Positions 1 to 10,416 of a stretch of 64,000 nucleotides of DNA are shown here, piece by piece. The stretch comes from an uncultured Flavobacteriaceae bacterium (GTDB taxonomy: Bacteria; Bacteroidota; Bacteroidia; Flavobacteriales; Flavobacteriaceae), in assembly GCA_947502495.1 (NCBI GenBank), contig CANNAC010000001.1:618906-682905 (forward strand), in the 5' to 3' direction. Numbering within the stretch: position 1 is the first letter of the stretch; each line of letters starts with the position of its first letter. The position numbers were made by a program, and so were the translations under genes. The notes under the pieces are model-generated. The model made no database searches. It worked only from the letters and a program-made list of their open reading frames with translations, and was not told the origin of the DNA.

Positions 1-2
1 CA

Positions 3-560
3 TTAACCGTGATTGGTGATAACGTTACTATTAGAGAGTGCGTAACTATTAATCGTGGTACTACAGATAAAATGAAAACGGTAATTGGTGACAATTGCTT
101 AATAATGGCTTATTGTCATATTGCACATGATTGTGTGGTTGGTAACAATTGTATTTTTTCTAATAATAGTACATTGGCAGGACATATCACCGTTGGTGAT
201 TATGTAGTATTAGCTGGAATGACAGCAGTACACCAGTTTTGTTCTATTGGTAATCATGCCTTTGTAACTGGTGGATCTTTAGTAAGAAAAGATGTTCCTC
301 CTTTTGTAAAAGCGGGTCGTGAACCTTTATCTTATGTCGGAATTAATTCTGTAGGATTGAGAAGAAGAGGTTTTACCACCGAAAAAATCAGAGAAATACA
401 AGATATATACAGAATGTTATATCAGAAAAACTATAATAATACACAAGCTTCAGATTTAATTGAAGCAGAAATGGAGGCAACCCATGAACGTGATGAAATT
501 CTTCAGTTTATTAAGAATTCGCATCGTGGTATTATGAAAGGGTACTTCAAATCAAATTAA
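3..560 (+). CDS. lpxA: UDP-N-acetylglucosamine O-acyltransferase LpxA, 5'-truncated by window edge
   Basis: Hexapeptide repeats, RECVTINRGT, AYCHIAHDC and VHQF motifs; frame is open to the window start; upstream of efp. Confidence 0.93.
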   Translation, partial: LTVIGDNVTIRECVTINRGTTDKMKTVIGDNCLIMAYCHIAHDCVVGNNCIFSNNSTLAGHITVGDYVVLAGMTAVHQFCSIGNHAFVTGGSLVRKDVPPFVKAGREPLSYVGINSVGLRRRGFTTEKIREIQDIYRMLYQKNYNNTQASDLIEAEMEATHERDEILQFIKNSHRGIMKGYFKSN

Positions 561-581
561 AATTAAAAGATAAAAATTTAG

Positions 582-1148
582 ATGGCAACAACTTCAGATA
601 TTAGAAACGGACTTTGTTTAAAATATAACAATGATATTTATAAAATCATTGAATTTTTACACGTAAAACCTGGTAAAGGTCCTGCTTTTGTTAGAACAAA
701 AATGAAAAGTGTAACTAGTGGAAAAGTATTAGATAATACCTTTTCTGCAGGTCACAAATTAGAAGATGTACGAGTAGAAACGCACAAGTTTCAATACTTA
801 TATAATGATGGTGAGTTTTATCACTTTATGAATGAAGCAGATTATACGCAAATTCGTTTATTAGAAGCTGCTTTAGATAAGCCGGAATTAATGAAAGAAG
901 GAGAAATTGTAACTGTTTTAATTAATACAGAAGATAATATGCCGCTTTCTGTAGATCTACCTGCAAGTGTTATACTTGAAGTTACAGCTACAGAACCTGG
1001 AGTTAAAGGGAATACAGCAACCAATGCTACAAAACCTGCAACGATGGAAACTGGAGCATCTGTGAATGTGCCTTTATTTATAAACGAAGGGGACAAGATA
1101 AAAGTAGAAACAGAAAAAGGTACGTATAAAGAACGTGTAAAAGAATAA
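582..1148 (+). CDS. efp: Elongation factor P
   Basis: HVKPGKGPAFVRTK loop and PGVKGNTAT motif; 188 aa. Confidence 0.97.
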   Translation: MATTSDIRNGLCLKYNNDIYKIIEFLHVKPGKGPAFVRTKMKSVTSGKVLDNTFSAGHKLEDVRVETHKFQYLYNDGEFYHFMNEADYTQIRLLEAALDKPELMKEGEIVTVLINTEDNMPLSVDLPASVILEVTATEPGVKGNTATNATKPATMETGASVNVPLFINEGDKIKVETEKGTYKERVKE

Positions 1149-1157
1149 ACCTTATTA

Positions 1158-1216
1158 ATTCCTTCCCTTTTTTAAGGGAAGGTGGATTTCCATTTGTTTG
1201 AATGGAAAGACGGAAT
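1158..1216. repeat. Intergenic double-hairpin palindromic element (REP-like)
   Basis: CCTTCCCTT/AAGGGAAGG (1161-1182) followed by TTTCCATT/AATGGAAA (1187-1208). Confidence 0.6.
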
Positions 1217-1267
1217 GGTTAAAGTCACCATGCAAATTCTAATATTATCTACGGATATACTAAATAT

Positions 1268-2203
1268 ATGAAATTCCCAAAACCTCATACACTTAAACAA
1301 ATTGCAGACTTAATTGATTGTAGACACGTTGGAGATGCTAATTTTCAAGTTTTAGGTATTAATGAAATTCATGTAGTTGAAAGTGGAGATGTAGTATTTG
1401 TAGATCATCCTAAGTACTACGATAAAGCTTTACAATCTGCTGCAACTATTGTGCTTATCAACAAAGAAGTAGATTGTCCAGAAGGAAAAGCATTACTTAT
1501 AAGTGATGATCCTTTTAGAGATTTTAATAAAATCACACAACATTTTAAACCTTTTCAGGCTTCTAATGTAGCAATTGCAGCTTCCGCAAAAATTGGTGAA
1601 AACACCATTATTCAACCCAATTGTTTTATAGGTAATAATGTGACCATTGGTGATAATTGCATTATTCATCCCAACGTAACCATTTATGATGATGCCGTAA
1701 TTGGCAATAATGTTACTATTCATTCAGGAACCATTTTAGGTGCTTCTGCTTTTTATTATAAAAAACGTCCAGAAGGATTTGATCCTTTACTATCCGGAGG
1801 AAGAGTAGTTATAAAAGACAATGTAGATATTGGTGCGCTTTGTACCATAGATAAAGGAGTTACTGGAGATACAATTATTGGTGAAGGCTCTAAATTAGAT
1901 AATCAAATTCAGGTTGGTCATGATACTGTAATTGGTAAAAAATGTCTAATAGCATCCCAAACAGGAATTGCTGGTTGTTGTATTATTGAAGATGAAGTTA
2001 CCATTTGGGGACAAGTTGGTACCACAAGTGGAATTACAATTGGAGAAAAAGCGATTGTACTTGGGCAAACTGGAGTCACTAAATCTATCGCAGGCGGTAA
2101 AACGTATTTTGGAACTCCTATTGAAGAAGCAAGAGTCAAATTAAAAGAATTAGCTTATATCAAGAAAATTCCTGAAATTGTAGAACAATTAAAAAAGAAA
2201 TAG
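1268..2203 (+). CDS. lpxD: LpxD-family UDP-3-O-acylglucosamine N-acyltransferase
   Basis: LpxD-type N-terminal domain, hexapeptide repeats, TIDKG and [11 protein letters not shown] motifs; may be a second paralog. Confidence 0.82.
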   Translation: MKFPKPHTLKQIADLIDCRHVGDANFQVLGINEIHVVESGDVVFVDHPKYYDKALQSAATIVLINKEVDCPEGKALLISDDPFRDFNKITQHFKPFQASNVAIAASAKIGENTIIQPNCFIGNNVTIGDNCIIHPNVTIYDDAVIGNNVTIHSGTILGASAFYYKKRPEGFDPLLSGGRVVIKDNVDIGALCTIDKGVTGDTIIGEGSKLDNQIQVGHDTVIGKKCLIASQTGIAGCCIIEDEVTIWGQVGTTSGITIGEKAIVLGQTGVTKSIAGGKTYFGTPIEEARVKLKELAYIKKIPEIVEQLKKK

Positions 2204-2596
2204 ATGACACCTAAAGAAGTTGTTCAGCAATTTTATAGTTCCGATTTAGCAAACAATACAGAAGCTGTAGAGCTTTGTTTTCATAAAGATTGCACCTTAA
2301 GTTGGCATAGTAGTAAAGGTTTTAATGTGTTAGATTTTAATGCTTTAAAATTGGTTTTTGAAGAAGTTAGAAAAATGTACGAAACACTACGTTTTGAAAC
2401 GAGCCATTTATTAGTAGAGGGAAACATGGTGACCATACGTTACACTTCTTATTTTACAACCGTCGAAAACCCTAACGAGGAAATGCCATTAGCGCATTTC
2501 ACTACTATTTGGGAAGTGAAAGACGATAAAATCATCAAAGGATTTCAAATGAGTCAACTAGCAGATAGTTGCTCAGAAAGCCTAAATTCTTTTTAA
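2204..2596 (+). CDS. NTF2/SnoaL-like family protein
   Basis: 130 aa, PKEVVQQFY start, EGNMVTIRY and WEVKDDKI strands typical of the fold. Confidence 0.7.
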   Translation: MTPKEVVQQFYSSDLANNTEAVELCFHKDCTLSWHSSKGFNVLDFNALKLVFEEVRKMYETLRFETSHLLVEGNMVTIRYTSYFTTVENPNEEMPLAHFTTIWEVKDDKIIKGFQMSQLADSCSESLNSF

Positions 2597-2639
2597 GAAA
2601 TAAAAATACAAATCACTTTAAAAATTCTTTTCAAAATCT

Positions 2640-2647
2640 TACTTTTG
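2640..2647 (+). promoter_or_regulatory. Bacteroidota housekeeping -7 promoter element for sucD
   Basis: TACTTTTG matches TAnnTTTG, 70 nt upstream of the ATG. Confidence 0.55.
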
Positions 2648-2716
2648 CAGTAAGAGTTTTAATTTTTAGTAAAGGAATTCTTAAACAAATATTAAACAAT
2701 TTTAATCTAAACATAA

Positions 2717-3589
2717 ATGAGCGTTTTAGTAAATAAAGATTCAAAAATAATAGTTCAAGGATTTACAGGTAGTGAAGGTACTTTTCACGCTGGACAAATG
2801 ATTGAATACGGAACAAATGTTGTTGGTGGAGTTACTCCAGGAAAAGGTGGTCAAACACATTTAGATAAACCAGTTTTTAATACAGTTTCAGAAGCTGTAG
2901 AAAAAGTAGGAGCAGACACAACCATTATTTTTGTACCACCAGCTTTTGCTGCAGATGCTATTATGGAAGCTGCAGATGCAGGAATTAAAGTAATTATTAC
3001 TATTACAGAAGGAATTCCAGTAGCAGATATGATTAAAACTGCTGCTTATATTAAAGATAAAGATTGTAGATTAATTGGACCTAACTGTCCAGGAGTTATT
3101 ACTCCAGGAGAAGCTAAAGTTGGTATTATGCCAGGTTTCGTTTTCAAAAAAGGAAAAGTTGGTATTGTATCTAAATCAGGTACATTAACGTATGAAGCTG
3201 CAGACCAAGTGGTAAAACAAGGTTTAGGTATCACAACAGCAATTGGTATTGGTGGAGATCCTATTATTGGAACTACAACCAAAGAAGCTGTAGAGTTATT
3301 AATTAACGATCCAGAAACAGAAGCGGTAGTAATGATTGGTGAAATTGGTGGACAATTAGAAGCAGATGCTGCTAATTGGTATAAAGCTAGTGGAAGCAAG
3401 AAACCAGTAATTGGTTTTATCGCAGGAGAAACTGCACCTGCAGGACGTACAATGGGTCACGCTGGAGCAATTGTTGGTGGTAGTGATGATACTGCACAAG
3501 CAAAAAAGAAAATCATGAGAGAATGTGGTATTCACGTTGTGGATTCACCAGCTGAGATTGGTAAAAAAGTTGCTGAAGTTTTAGGCTAA
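2717..3589 (+). CDS. sucD: Succinate-CoA ligase alpha subunit
   Basis: [20 protein letters not shown] and MGHAGA (phospho-His) motifs. Confidence 0.97.
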   Translation: MSVLVNKDSKIIVQGFTGSEGTFHAGQMIEYGTNVVGGVTPGKGGQTHLDKPVFNTVSEAVEKVGADTTIIFVPPAFAADAIMEAADAGIKVIITITEGIPVADMIKTAAYIKDKDCRLIGPNCPGVITPGEAKVGIMPGFVFKKGKVGIVSKSGTLTYEAADQVVKQGLGITTAIGIGGDPIIGTTTKEAVELLINDPETEAVVMIGEIGGQLEADAANWYKASGSKKPVIGFIAGETAPAGRTMGHAGAIVGGSDDTAQAKKKIMRECGIHVVDSPAEIGKKVAEVLG

Positions 3590-3610
3590 GCACAATCACA
3601 TATATATGTT

Positions 3611-3644
3611 AAAAACCTCACATTATTTTGTGAGGTTTTTTTAT
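3611..3644 (+). terminator. Intrinsic terminator after sucD
   Basis: AAAAACCTCACA/TGTGAGGTTTTT stem followed by T run. Confidence 0.85.
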
Positions 3645-3664
3645 TTGATGCAATTTGTATTTAT

Positions 3665-3672
3665 TATATTTG
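3665..3672 (+). promoter_or_regulatory. Housekeeping -7 promoter element for fabG
   Basis: TATATTTG matches TAnnTTTG; TTTG at 3644-3647 may be the -33 element. Confidence 0.5.
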
Positions 3673-3768
3673 AATAGAATAAAGAGGCTTTAATAAAAGC
3701 TTTAAAGTTTAAATTAAAATTATCATTCCTGTAAAATCAGGAATCTAACTTAATTGAAGTTACTACAT

Positions 3769-4515
3769 ATGAAATTATTAGAAGGGAAAACAGCCATTAT
3801 TACTGGAGCGAGTAGAGGAATAGGAAAAGGAATCGCTCAAGTATTTGCGCAACAAGGTGCTAATGTAGCATTTACATATAGCGCTTCTGTGGAAGCTGCT
3901 AACGAACTAGAAAAAGAATTAACAGCTTTAGGTGTTAAGGCAAAAGGATACCAAAGTAATGCGGCAGATTTTAAGCAATCGCAAAAATTAGCCGAAGATG
4001 TAGTTGCAGAATTTGGAAGCATAGACATTCTTATTAATAACGCAGGAATAACGAAAGACAATCTTTTAATGCGTATTAGTGAAGAAGATTTTGATACGGT
4101 TATTGAAGTAAACTTAAAGTCGGTTTTCAACATGACCAAAGCGGTACAACGTACTATGCTTAAGCAACGTAAAGGTTCTATCATTAATATGAGTTCGGTT
4201 GTTGGTGTAAAAGGAAACGCCGGACAAACCAATTATGCTGCTTCTAAAGCAGGAATTATAGGTTTTTCTAAATCAGTAGCCTTAGAGTTAGGTTCTAGAA
4301 ATATTAGAAGCAACGTGATTGCTCCTGGTTTTATTGAAACAGAAATGACAGCAAAACTAGACGAAGAAACCGTGAAAGGTTGGAGAAATGCTATACCATT
4401 AAAACGTGGTGGTACGCCAGAAGATATTGCAAATGTTTGTGTTTTTCTTGCAAGTGATATGTCTGCTTATGTTACAGGGCAAACCATTAACGTAGATGGA
4501 GGAATGCTAACTTAA
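3769..4515 (+). CDS. fabG: 3-oxoacyl-ACP reductase
   Basis: TGASRGIG, NNAGIT and YAASK SDR motifs; start moved from the track's TTG 3754 to ATG 3769. Confidence 0.92.
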   Translation: MKLLEGKTAIITGASRGIGKGIAQVFAQQGANVAFTYSASVEAANELEKELTALGVKAKGYQSNAADFKQSQKLAEDVVAEFGSIDILINNAGITKDNLLMRISEEDFDTVIEVNLKSVFNMTKAVQRTMLKQRKGSIINMSSVVGVKGNAGQTNYAASKAGIIGFSKSVALELGSRNIRSNVIAPGFIETEMTAKLDEETVKGWRNAIPLKRGGTPEDIANVCVFLASDMSAYVTGQTINVDGGMLT

Positions 4516-4548
4516 TATTGTCAATCAACCTATAAAACGAAACTATCC

Positions 4549-5094
4549 ATGAAAAAAGTATTATTTGTAATCACGCTATTTTTAGTCGCAACCGTAAATG
4601 TCAATGCACAAGATTGGATAGATTATAAATCGGAAGATTTAGCTTTTATTGCTAAATTTCCAAACGAACCAGAAAGATCGGCACAAGATGTAGAATCGGC
4701 GATAGGAACTCTTAAGATACATATGGCCATGTATACTCCTCCTGTAGATAGCAATGATGAGAATCAAGTGTATAGCGTAATTAGAAGCGATTACCCTAAA
4801 TCTTATTTTGAAGATGCTGATGAAGCGTCTAATAATGATGTATTAGATGGTGCTGTAGAAGGTGCCGTAACTAATGTGCAAGGAAAATTAGTTTTTGATG
4901 ATAAAATTACGTTTAATGGTTTTCCAGGACGAAATTTTAAAATCGAAATTGATGGAGGTTTTATTTATATGAAGACGTTTTTAGTGGAAAATAAAATGTT
5001 TATAGCACAAGTTCTTTGCTTAACAGATAAGGATGATAATGATAATATTAATCGCTTTCTAAACTCTTTTGATATTTTAAAAGTAAAAGAATAA
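4549..5094 (+). CDS. Secreted hypothetical protein
   Basis: Sec signal ending VNA-Q; 181 aa; family not recognised. Confidence 0.75.
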   Translation: MKKVLFVITLFLVATVNVNAQDWIDYKSEDLAFIAKFPNEPERSAQDVESAIGTLKIHMAMYTPPVDSNDENQVYSVIRSDYPKSYFEDADEASNNDVLDGAVEGAVTNVQGKLVFDDKITFNGFPGRNFKIEIDGGFIYMKTFLVENKMFIAQVLCLTDKDDNDNINRFLNSFDILKVKE

Positions 5095-7128
5095 TTGACG
5101 ACACAAACCATTTTTTACATCATACTTGCTGGAATCATAGCACTATCACTAGCGCTATTTCAGTATAGTTTAAAAAAGAAGAACAGAACATCTAAAAGTG
5201 TTCTGTTTACCTTTTTAAGGTTTATATCTATTTTTTCACTTTTATTATTGCTTATCAATCCTAAATTTGAAAAAATAAGCTACTATACCGAAAAACCTAA
5301 TTTAGTGGTTGCTGTAGATAATTCAAGTTCGATAATACATTTAAATCAGAAAGAAAACGTACTTCAATTAGTAGCTTCCATTCAGAATAATGCGGCGCTT
5401 TCCGAAAAATTTAATCTAGACTTTTTTACCTTCGGAAATACTATAGAAACATCCGATTCTTTAACTTTTCTAGATAAGCAAACCAATATTGATAAGGCTT
5501 TTAGTGACTTTTCACAGATTTATAAAAACACAACTTCCCCAATACTTTTACTAACAGACGGAAACCAAACCTTTGGTAACGATTATGTGTTTTCAGCAGA
5601 AAAAGTAAAACAACCCATATTCCCCATTATTCTTGGAGATACTATTACGTACACAGATTTAAAATTACAACAGCTTAATGTCAATAAATATGCTTTTTTA
5701 AAGAATAAGTTTCCTGTAGAGGCTATTGTAACCTATAATGGAAATGCTATTGTGAATTCTAAATTTGTAGTTACTTCAGGTAAAGCGACGGTGTATTCTC
5801 AAAATATAACTCTAAATAACACAAATAATTCTAAAGTTTTAAACTTTACTTTACCAGCAAATCGGGTAGGAGTACAAGCGTATAAAACACAAATTCTTCC
5901 TATAGAAAGTGAGAAAAACACGATTAATAATTACAAGAATTTTGCTGTAGAAGTTATCGATCAGAAAACAAATGTTGCCATAATTAGCGATTTTATGCAT
6001 CCAGATATAGGTGCTTTCAAAAAGAGTATTGAAAGCAATGAGCAACGCGAAGTTTCTATCGTTACTCCGAGGGAGTATTTATTGCAAAAAAATGAATTTC
6101 AATTAGTTATATTGTATCAGCCAAATAATAAGTTTAAGCTTGTTTTTGAGGATTTAAAAAAAGATAACACTAATAAATTTGTTGTTTTAGGAGCGAAAAC
6201 GGACTATGCTTTTGTGAATACAATCACTTCCGATTTTAAACAGGATATTACAAAACAAACCGAAGAATATCAAGCAAGTTTAAATGCAAACTATAATACT
6301 TTTATTATAGACGATTTAGATTTTGAATCTTTTCCTCCGTTACAATCTTCTTTCGGGAGCGCTACTTTTTCTATTCCTGCGGAAACTATTTTGAATAAAA
6401 AAATTGGAAGCTTAGAAACGCAAGATCCTTTGCTAGTTACTTTTGAAAGTAAAAGTAGGAGAGAAGCGGTACTTTTTGGTGAAAATATCTGGAAATGGAG
6501 AGCGCAGAGCTATTTAAACAGCAAGAGCTTTAATACTTTCGATAACTTTATTGGTAAAATGGTACAGTACTTGGCTTCCAATAAAAGGAAAAATCGCTTA
6601 AATGTAGATTATGAATACTTTTACCAAGGAAATTCTAATGTCCTTGTTAAAGCACAGTTTTTCAATAAGAACTATGAGTTTGATGTAAAGGAAATTTTAA
6701 ATATTTCGGTTAAAAATAAGGACACGAAAGAAACTAGCACTTTTCCTTTAATTTTAAAAGGAAATAATTACCAAGTAGACTTGAGTCATTTGCCAGCAGG
6801 AGATTATAGTTTCACCGTAGAGGCAACAAACGAAAACATTTCGAAATCTGGTGAATTTCAAATCTTAGAATATAACATAGAACAACAATTTTTAAATGCG
6901 AATGTTACGAAGCTTCAGCAAGTTGCTAAAAACACAAATGCAAGCAGTTATTTTGTTGCAAACACAAATACTTTGATAAATGACTTATTAAAGGACGAAC
7001 GCTTCGCTATCATGCAGAAAAGCAGTAAAAATGTTGTACCTTTGATTGATTTTGAACACCTATTAGCTTTGCTTATTTTGAGTTTGGCTTTAGAATGGTT
7101 TTTAAGAAAATATAATGGATTAATCTAA
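5095..7128 (+). CDS. Membrane-anchored VWA-domain protein
   Basis: Two N-terminal TM helices, MIDAS DNSSS and LLTDG, C-terminal TM ending EWFLRK; TTG start abuts upstream stop. Confidence 0.8.
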   Translation: MTTQTIFYIILAGIIALSLALFQYSLKKKNRTSKSVLFTFLRFISIFSLLLLLINPKFEKISYYTEKPNLVVAVDNSSSIIHLNQKENVLQLVASIQNNAALSEKFNLDFFTFGNTIETSDSLTFLDKQTNIDKAFSDFSQIYKNTTSPILLLTDGNQTFGNDYVFSAEKVKQPIFPIILGDTITYTDLKLQQLNVNKYAFLKNKFPVEAIVTYNGNAIVNSKFVVTSGKATVYSQNITLNNTNNSKVLNFTLPANRVGVQAYKTQILPIESEKNTINNYKNFAVEVIDQKTNVAIISDFMHPDIGAFKKSIESNEQREVSIVTPREYLLQKNEFQLVILYQPNNKFKLVFEDLKKDNTNKFVVLGAKTDYAFVNTITSDFKQDITKQTEEYQASLNANYNTFIIDDLDFESFPPLQSSFGSATFSIPAETILNKKIGSLETQDPLLVTFESKSRREAVLFGENIWKWRAQSYLNSKSFNTFDNFIGKMVQYLASNKRKNRLNVDYEYFYQGNSNVLVKAQFFNKNYEFDVKEILNISVKNKDTKETSTFPLILKGNNYQVDLSHLPAGDYSFTVEATNENISKSGEFQILEYNIEQQFLNANVTKLQQVAKNTNASSYFVANTNTLINDLLKDERFAIMQKSSKNVVPLIDFEHLLALLILSLALEWFLRKYNGLI

Positions 7129-7137
7129 AAAAGAAAT

Positions 7138-7950
7138 ATGGATAAATTACCTAAGATTGCAGTACCTTTTATAGTCGGACTTGTGTTCCTAATCATTTTA
7201 ATATCTAAATCCGCAGTGACCATTGGTCCAGGAGAAGGTGGTGTTTTATTTGAACGTTTTGGAGATGGTATTAATACAGAACATACCTATGGTGAAGGTT
7301 TTCATATTGTTGCTCCATGGAATGACATGTTGGTGCAAACGGTACGTCAGCAATCGGTTTCCGATGAAATGAATGTGCTTTCAGTTAATGGACTAGAAGT
7401 AAAAGTATTCGGTACTATATGGTATGAGCCAGAGTTTTCTAACCTTGGAAAATTAATTAAAACCAAAGGAGCAGATTACGAAAGAGAATTATTAGATCCT
7501 GCAATTAATGCTGCAGCAAGAAGTGTGGTTGGTAGATATACACCAGAACAATTATATTCTAGTAAAAGAGATGTTATTGAACAAGAAATTTTAGAGGAAG
7601 TAACTACGCTTTTAGACGGACAGTTTTTAACAGTGAAAAGAGTTTTAGTAGAAGATGTAAAACTACCAGCTACTATTAAAGATGCTATTGAACGTAAATT
7701 AAAGCAAGAACAAGAATCATTAGAATACGAGTTTAGACTAGTTACAGCTTCAAAAGAAGCAGAGAAAGTAATTATTGATGCAAAAGGTAAAGCAGAGTCG
7801 AATCGTATTTTAAGTGCATCATTAACCGATAAAATTTTACAAGATAAAGGTATTGAAGCAACCGTTAAGTTGTCTGAATCTCCTAACAGTAAAGTGATTA
7901 TTATTGGTTCTGGTGATTCTGGAATGCCTATTATATTAGGAAATCAATAA
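7138..7950 (+). CDS. SPFH/prohibitin (band 7) family protein
   Basis: N-terminal TM, GEGFHIVAPW, RSVVGRY, LYSSKR, coiled-coil C-terminus. Confidence 0.9.
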   Translation: MDKLPKIAVPFIVGLVFLIILISKSAVTIGPGEGGVLFERFGDGINTEHTYGEGFHIVAPWNDMLVQTVRQQSVSDEMNVLSVNGLEVKVFGTIWYEPEFSNLGKLIKTKGADYERELLDPAINAAARSVVGRYTPEQLYSSKRDVIEQEILEEVTTLLDGQFLTVKRVLVEDVKLPATIKDAIERKLKQEQESLEYEFRLVTASKEAEKVIIDAKGKAESNRILSASLTDKILQDKGIEATVKLSESPNSKVIIIGSGDSGMPIILGNQ

Positions 7951-8016
7951 AAACATTAAAAAATGTTTGGAATTGTAATTATATTTTACAAATATTTGTA
8001 GACAACATAAAAGAAC

Positions 8017-8073
8017 ATGAATTTTATTCAACTACATCATCATCATTTTCATACTGGCACTCAAGCGAGCTAA
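8017..8073 (+). CDS. hisL: his operon leader peptide MNFIQLHHHHFHTGTQAS
   Basis: Read directly: ATG 8017, five CAT codons in six positions (8035-8052), TAA 8071-8073, upstream of hisG; absent from the ORF track. Confidence 0.9.
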   Translation: MNFIQLHHHHFHTGTQAS

Positions 8074-8102
8074 AAATGTATTGAATAAAAACAAAATATT
8101 TT

Positions 8103-8138
8103 AAAAACCGTTTGACTAAATCAAGCGGTTTTTTATTT
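8103..8138 (+). terminator. his attenuator terminator
   Basis: AAACCGTTTGA-CTAAA-TCAAGCGGTTT stem (one G-U) plus T run between leader and hisG. Confidence 0.88.
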
Positions 8139-8193
8139 CCATAAAATTGGAAATTCTTCCTTAAGATTTACTCAAACACATTAAAAGAAAAAA

Positions 8194-9051
8194 ATGAGTA
8201 AATTAAAAATTGCAATTCAAAAATCAGGTAGACTAAACGAAGATTCTCTAAAACTCCTTAAAGACATTGGTGTTTCTATAGATAATGGTAAAGACCAGTT
8301 GAAAGCTTCTGCTAGAAATTTTCCTTTAGAAGTATTTTATTTAAGAAATGGCGATATTCCACAATACCTAAAAGATGGTATCGTAGACGCTGCTATTATT
8401 GGAGAAAATGTACTTATCGAAAAAGGAGGAACTATTCCGGTAGTAGAAAAATTAGGTTTTTCTACTTGTAAAGTATCCATCGCTATACCTAAATCGGCAT
8501 CCTACAAATCCATTCAAGATTTACAAGGAAAACGTATTGCAACGTCCTATCCAAATACCGTAAATCAATTTTTAAAAGAAAATAATGTCGAAGCCCAATT
8601 GCACATTATTAATGGTTCTGTCGAAATTGCGCCAAATATTGGTTTGGCAGATGCTATTGTAGATATTGTTTCCAGCGGAAGTACTTTATTTAAAAACGGA
8701 TTGAAAGAAGTAGAAGTACTTCTTAAATCGGAAGCAGTTCTTGCTGTTTCTCCATTAATTTCAGAAGAAAATAAAAGCATTTTAAATAAGATTCAATTTC
8801 GATTACAATCGGTTTTAAAAGGAAGACAAAGCAAATATGTATTGCTTAATGCGCCCAATGAAAAGATAGAGGACATTATTAATATCCTTCCAGGAATGAA
8901 TAGTCCTTCCGTATTACCACTTGCAAGAACAGGTTGGAGTTCTATACACTCGGTGATAAACAAAAATGAGTTTTGGGAAGTAATTGATGAACTAAAAGAA
9001 AATGGAGCAGAAGGTATCTTAGTTTGCCCAATTGAAAACATGGTAGTTTAG
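8194..9051 (+). CDS. hisG: ATP phosphoribosyltransferase (long form)
   Basis: IAIQKSGRL, RIATSYP, GSVEIAP, DIVSSGSTL. Confidence 0.97.
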   Translation: MSKLKIAIQKSGRLNEDSLKLLKDIGVSIDNGKDQLKASARNFPLEVFYLRNGDIPQYLKDGIVDAAIIGENVLIEKGGTIPVVEKLGFSTCKVSIAIPKSASYKSIQDLQGKRIATSYPNTVNQFLKENNVEAQLHIINGSVEIAPNIGLADAIVDIVSSGSTLFKNGLKEVEVLLKSEAVLAVSPLISEENKSILNKIQFRLQSVLKGRQSKYVLLNAPNEKIEDIINILPGMNSPSVLPLARTGWSSIHSVINKNEFWEVIDELKENGAEGILVCPIENMVV

Positions 9052-9086
9052 AACTATTGAATACAAATATCTTAAGACAATTAGAA

Positions 9087-10370
9087 ATGAAGACAATTGA
9101 AAATCCTAGTAAGCAAGATTGGCAAACTATTATAAAGAGACCAACGCTATCTGTGAGCGATATAGAGTCTACAGTTACCAAAATATTTAGTGATATATCT
9201 CAAAATGGGGATGTAGCTATTGCAAAATATACCGAGAAATTTGATGGTGTAGTTTTAGATAATATGTTGGTTACAACTTTAGAAATAGAGGAAGCTTCTA
9301 ATAATGTACCTTCTAATTTAAAGGAAGCAATTCTAAAAGCGAAAGCAAATATTGAAAAATTTCATAGCGCACAAAAAACGCCGAAAGTAGAAGTCGAAAC
9401 GACCGAAGGTGTACGTTGTTGGCAAGAAAAACGCGCCATTCAAAAAATTGGTTTGTATATTCCTGGTGGAACAGCGCCTTTATTTTCTACCGTCTTAATG
9501 CTTGCCGTTCCAGCACAAATTGCAGGATGCAAAGAAATCGTTTTATGTACACCTCCTAATAAAGAAGGGGAAATTGCAAATGAAATATTATACGCAGCTA
9601 AAATTTGTGGGGTTTCAAAAATTTTTAAGGTTGGTGGTATTCAGGCAATTGCTGGTTTAACTTTTGGAACAGAAACCATTTCAAAAGTGTCTAAGATTTT
9701 CGGACCAGGAAATCAGTACGTGACGGTTGCAAAACAATTAGCAACAAAATATGGTACAGCAATCGATATGCCTGCCGGACCAAGTGAGTTGTTAGTAATG
9801 GCTGATAATTCTGCAAATCCTGCTTATGTGGCTTCCGATTTGTTAAGTCAGGCAGAACATGGCGCAGATAGCCAAGTGATTTTGGTTTCCGATACGAAAG
9901 ATTTTATTTCTGAAGTTTCCAATGAGATAGAAAAACAACTCTTAGAATTACCAAGAAAAGAAATTGCAACATTAGCATTGCAAAATGCACGTGCCATTTT
10001 ATTGGAAACGGCAACCGATGCATTAGATTTTGTTAATGAATATGCCGCAGAACACCTTATTATAGCGACCAAAAACAACGACTTTTTTATGGATAATATT
10101 ACCAATGCAGGTTCTGTTTTTATTGGTAATTACACACCAGAAAGTGCTGGAGATTATGCTTCTGGGACCAACCATACATTACCAACTAATGGCTATAGTA
10201 AAGCATACTCTGGAGTAAATTTAGATAGTTTTTTAAAGAGTATTACCTTTCAAAAAATAAGTAAAAAAGGATTGCTAAATATTGGAAACACGATAGAGTT
10301 AATGGCAGAAGCCGAAGGCTTACAAGCGCATAAAAATGCAGTTTCCATCCGTTTAAAAGATTTAAGTTAA
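9087..10370 (+). CDS. hisD: Histidinol dehydrogenase
   Basis: GLYIPGG, GPGNQYV, DMPAGPSE, SQAEHG, GTNHTLPT; ATG 9087 preferred to TTG 9057. Confidence 0.97.
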   Translation: MKTIENPSKQDWQTIIKRPTLSVSDIESTVTKIFSDISQNGDVAIAKYTEKFDGVVLDNMLVTTLEIEEASNNVPSNLKEAILKAKANIEKFHSAQKTPKVEVETTEGVRCWQEKRAIQKIGLYIPGGTAPLFSTVLMLAVPAQIAGCKEIVLCTPPNKEGEIANEILYAAKICGVSKIFKVGGIQAIAGLTFGTETISKVSKIFGPGNQYVTVAKQLATKYGTAIDMPAGPSELLVMADNSANPAYVASDLLSQAEHGADSQVILVSDTKDFISEVSNEIEKQLLELPRKEIATLALQNARAILLETATDALDFVNEYAAEHLIIATKNNDFFMDNITNAGSVFIGNYTPESAGDYASGTNHTLPTNGYSKAYSGVNLDSFLKSITFQKISKKGLLNIGNTIELMAEAEGLQAHKNAVSIRLKDLS

Positions 10371-10375
10371 TACGC

Positions 10376-10402
10376 TGTCATTCCGCATTGGATGCGGAAT
10401 CC
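10376..10402. repeat. TGTC-tagged palindromic repeat (REP-like)
   Basis: TGTC-ATTCCGCA-TTGGA-TGCGGAAT-CC between hisD and hisC. Confidence 0.65.
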
Positions 10403-10416
10403 AATTAGAATTAAAT

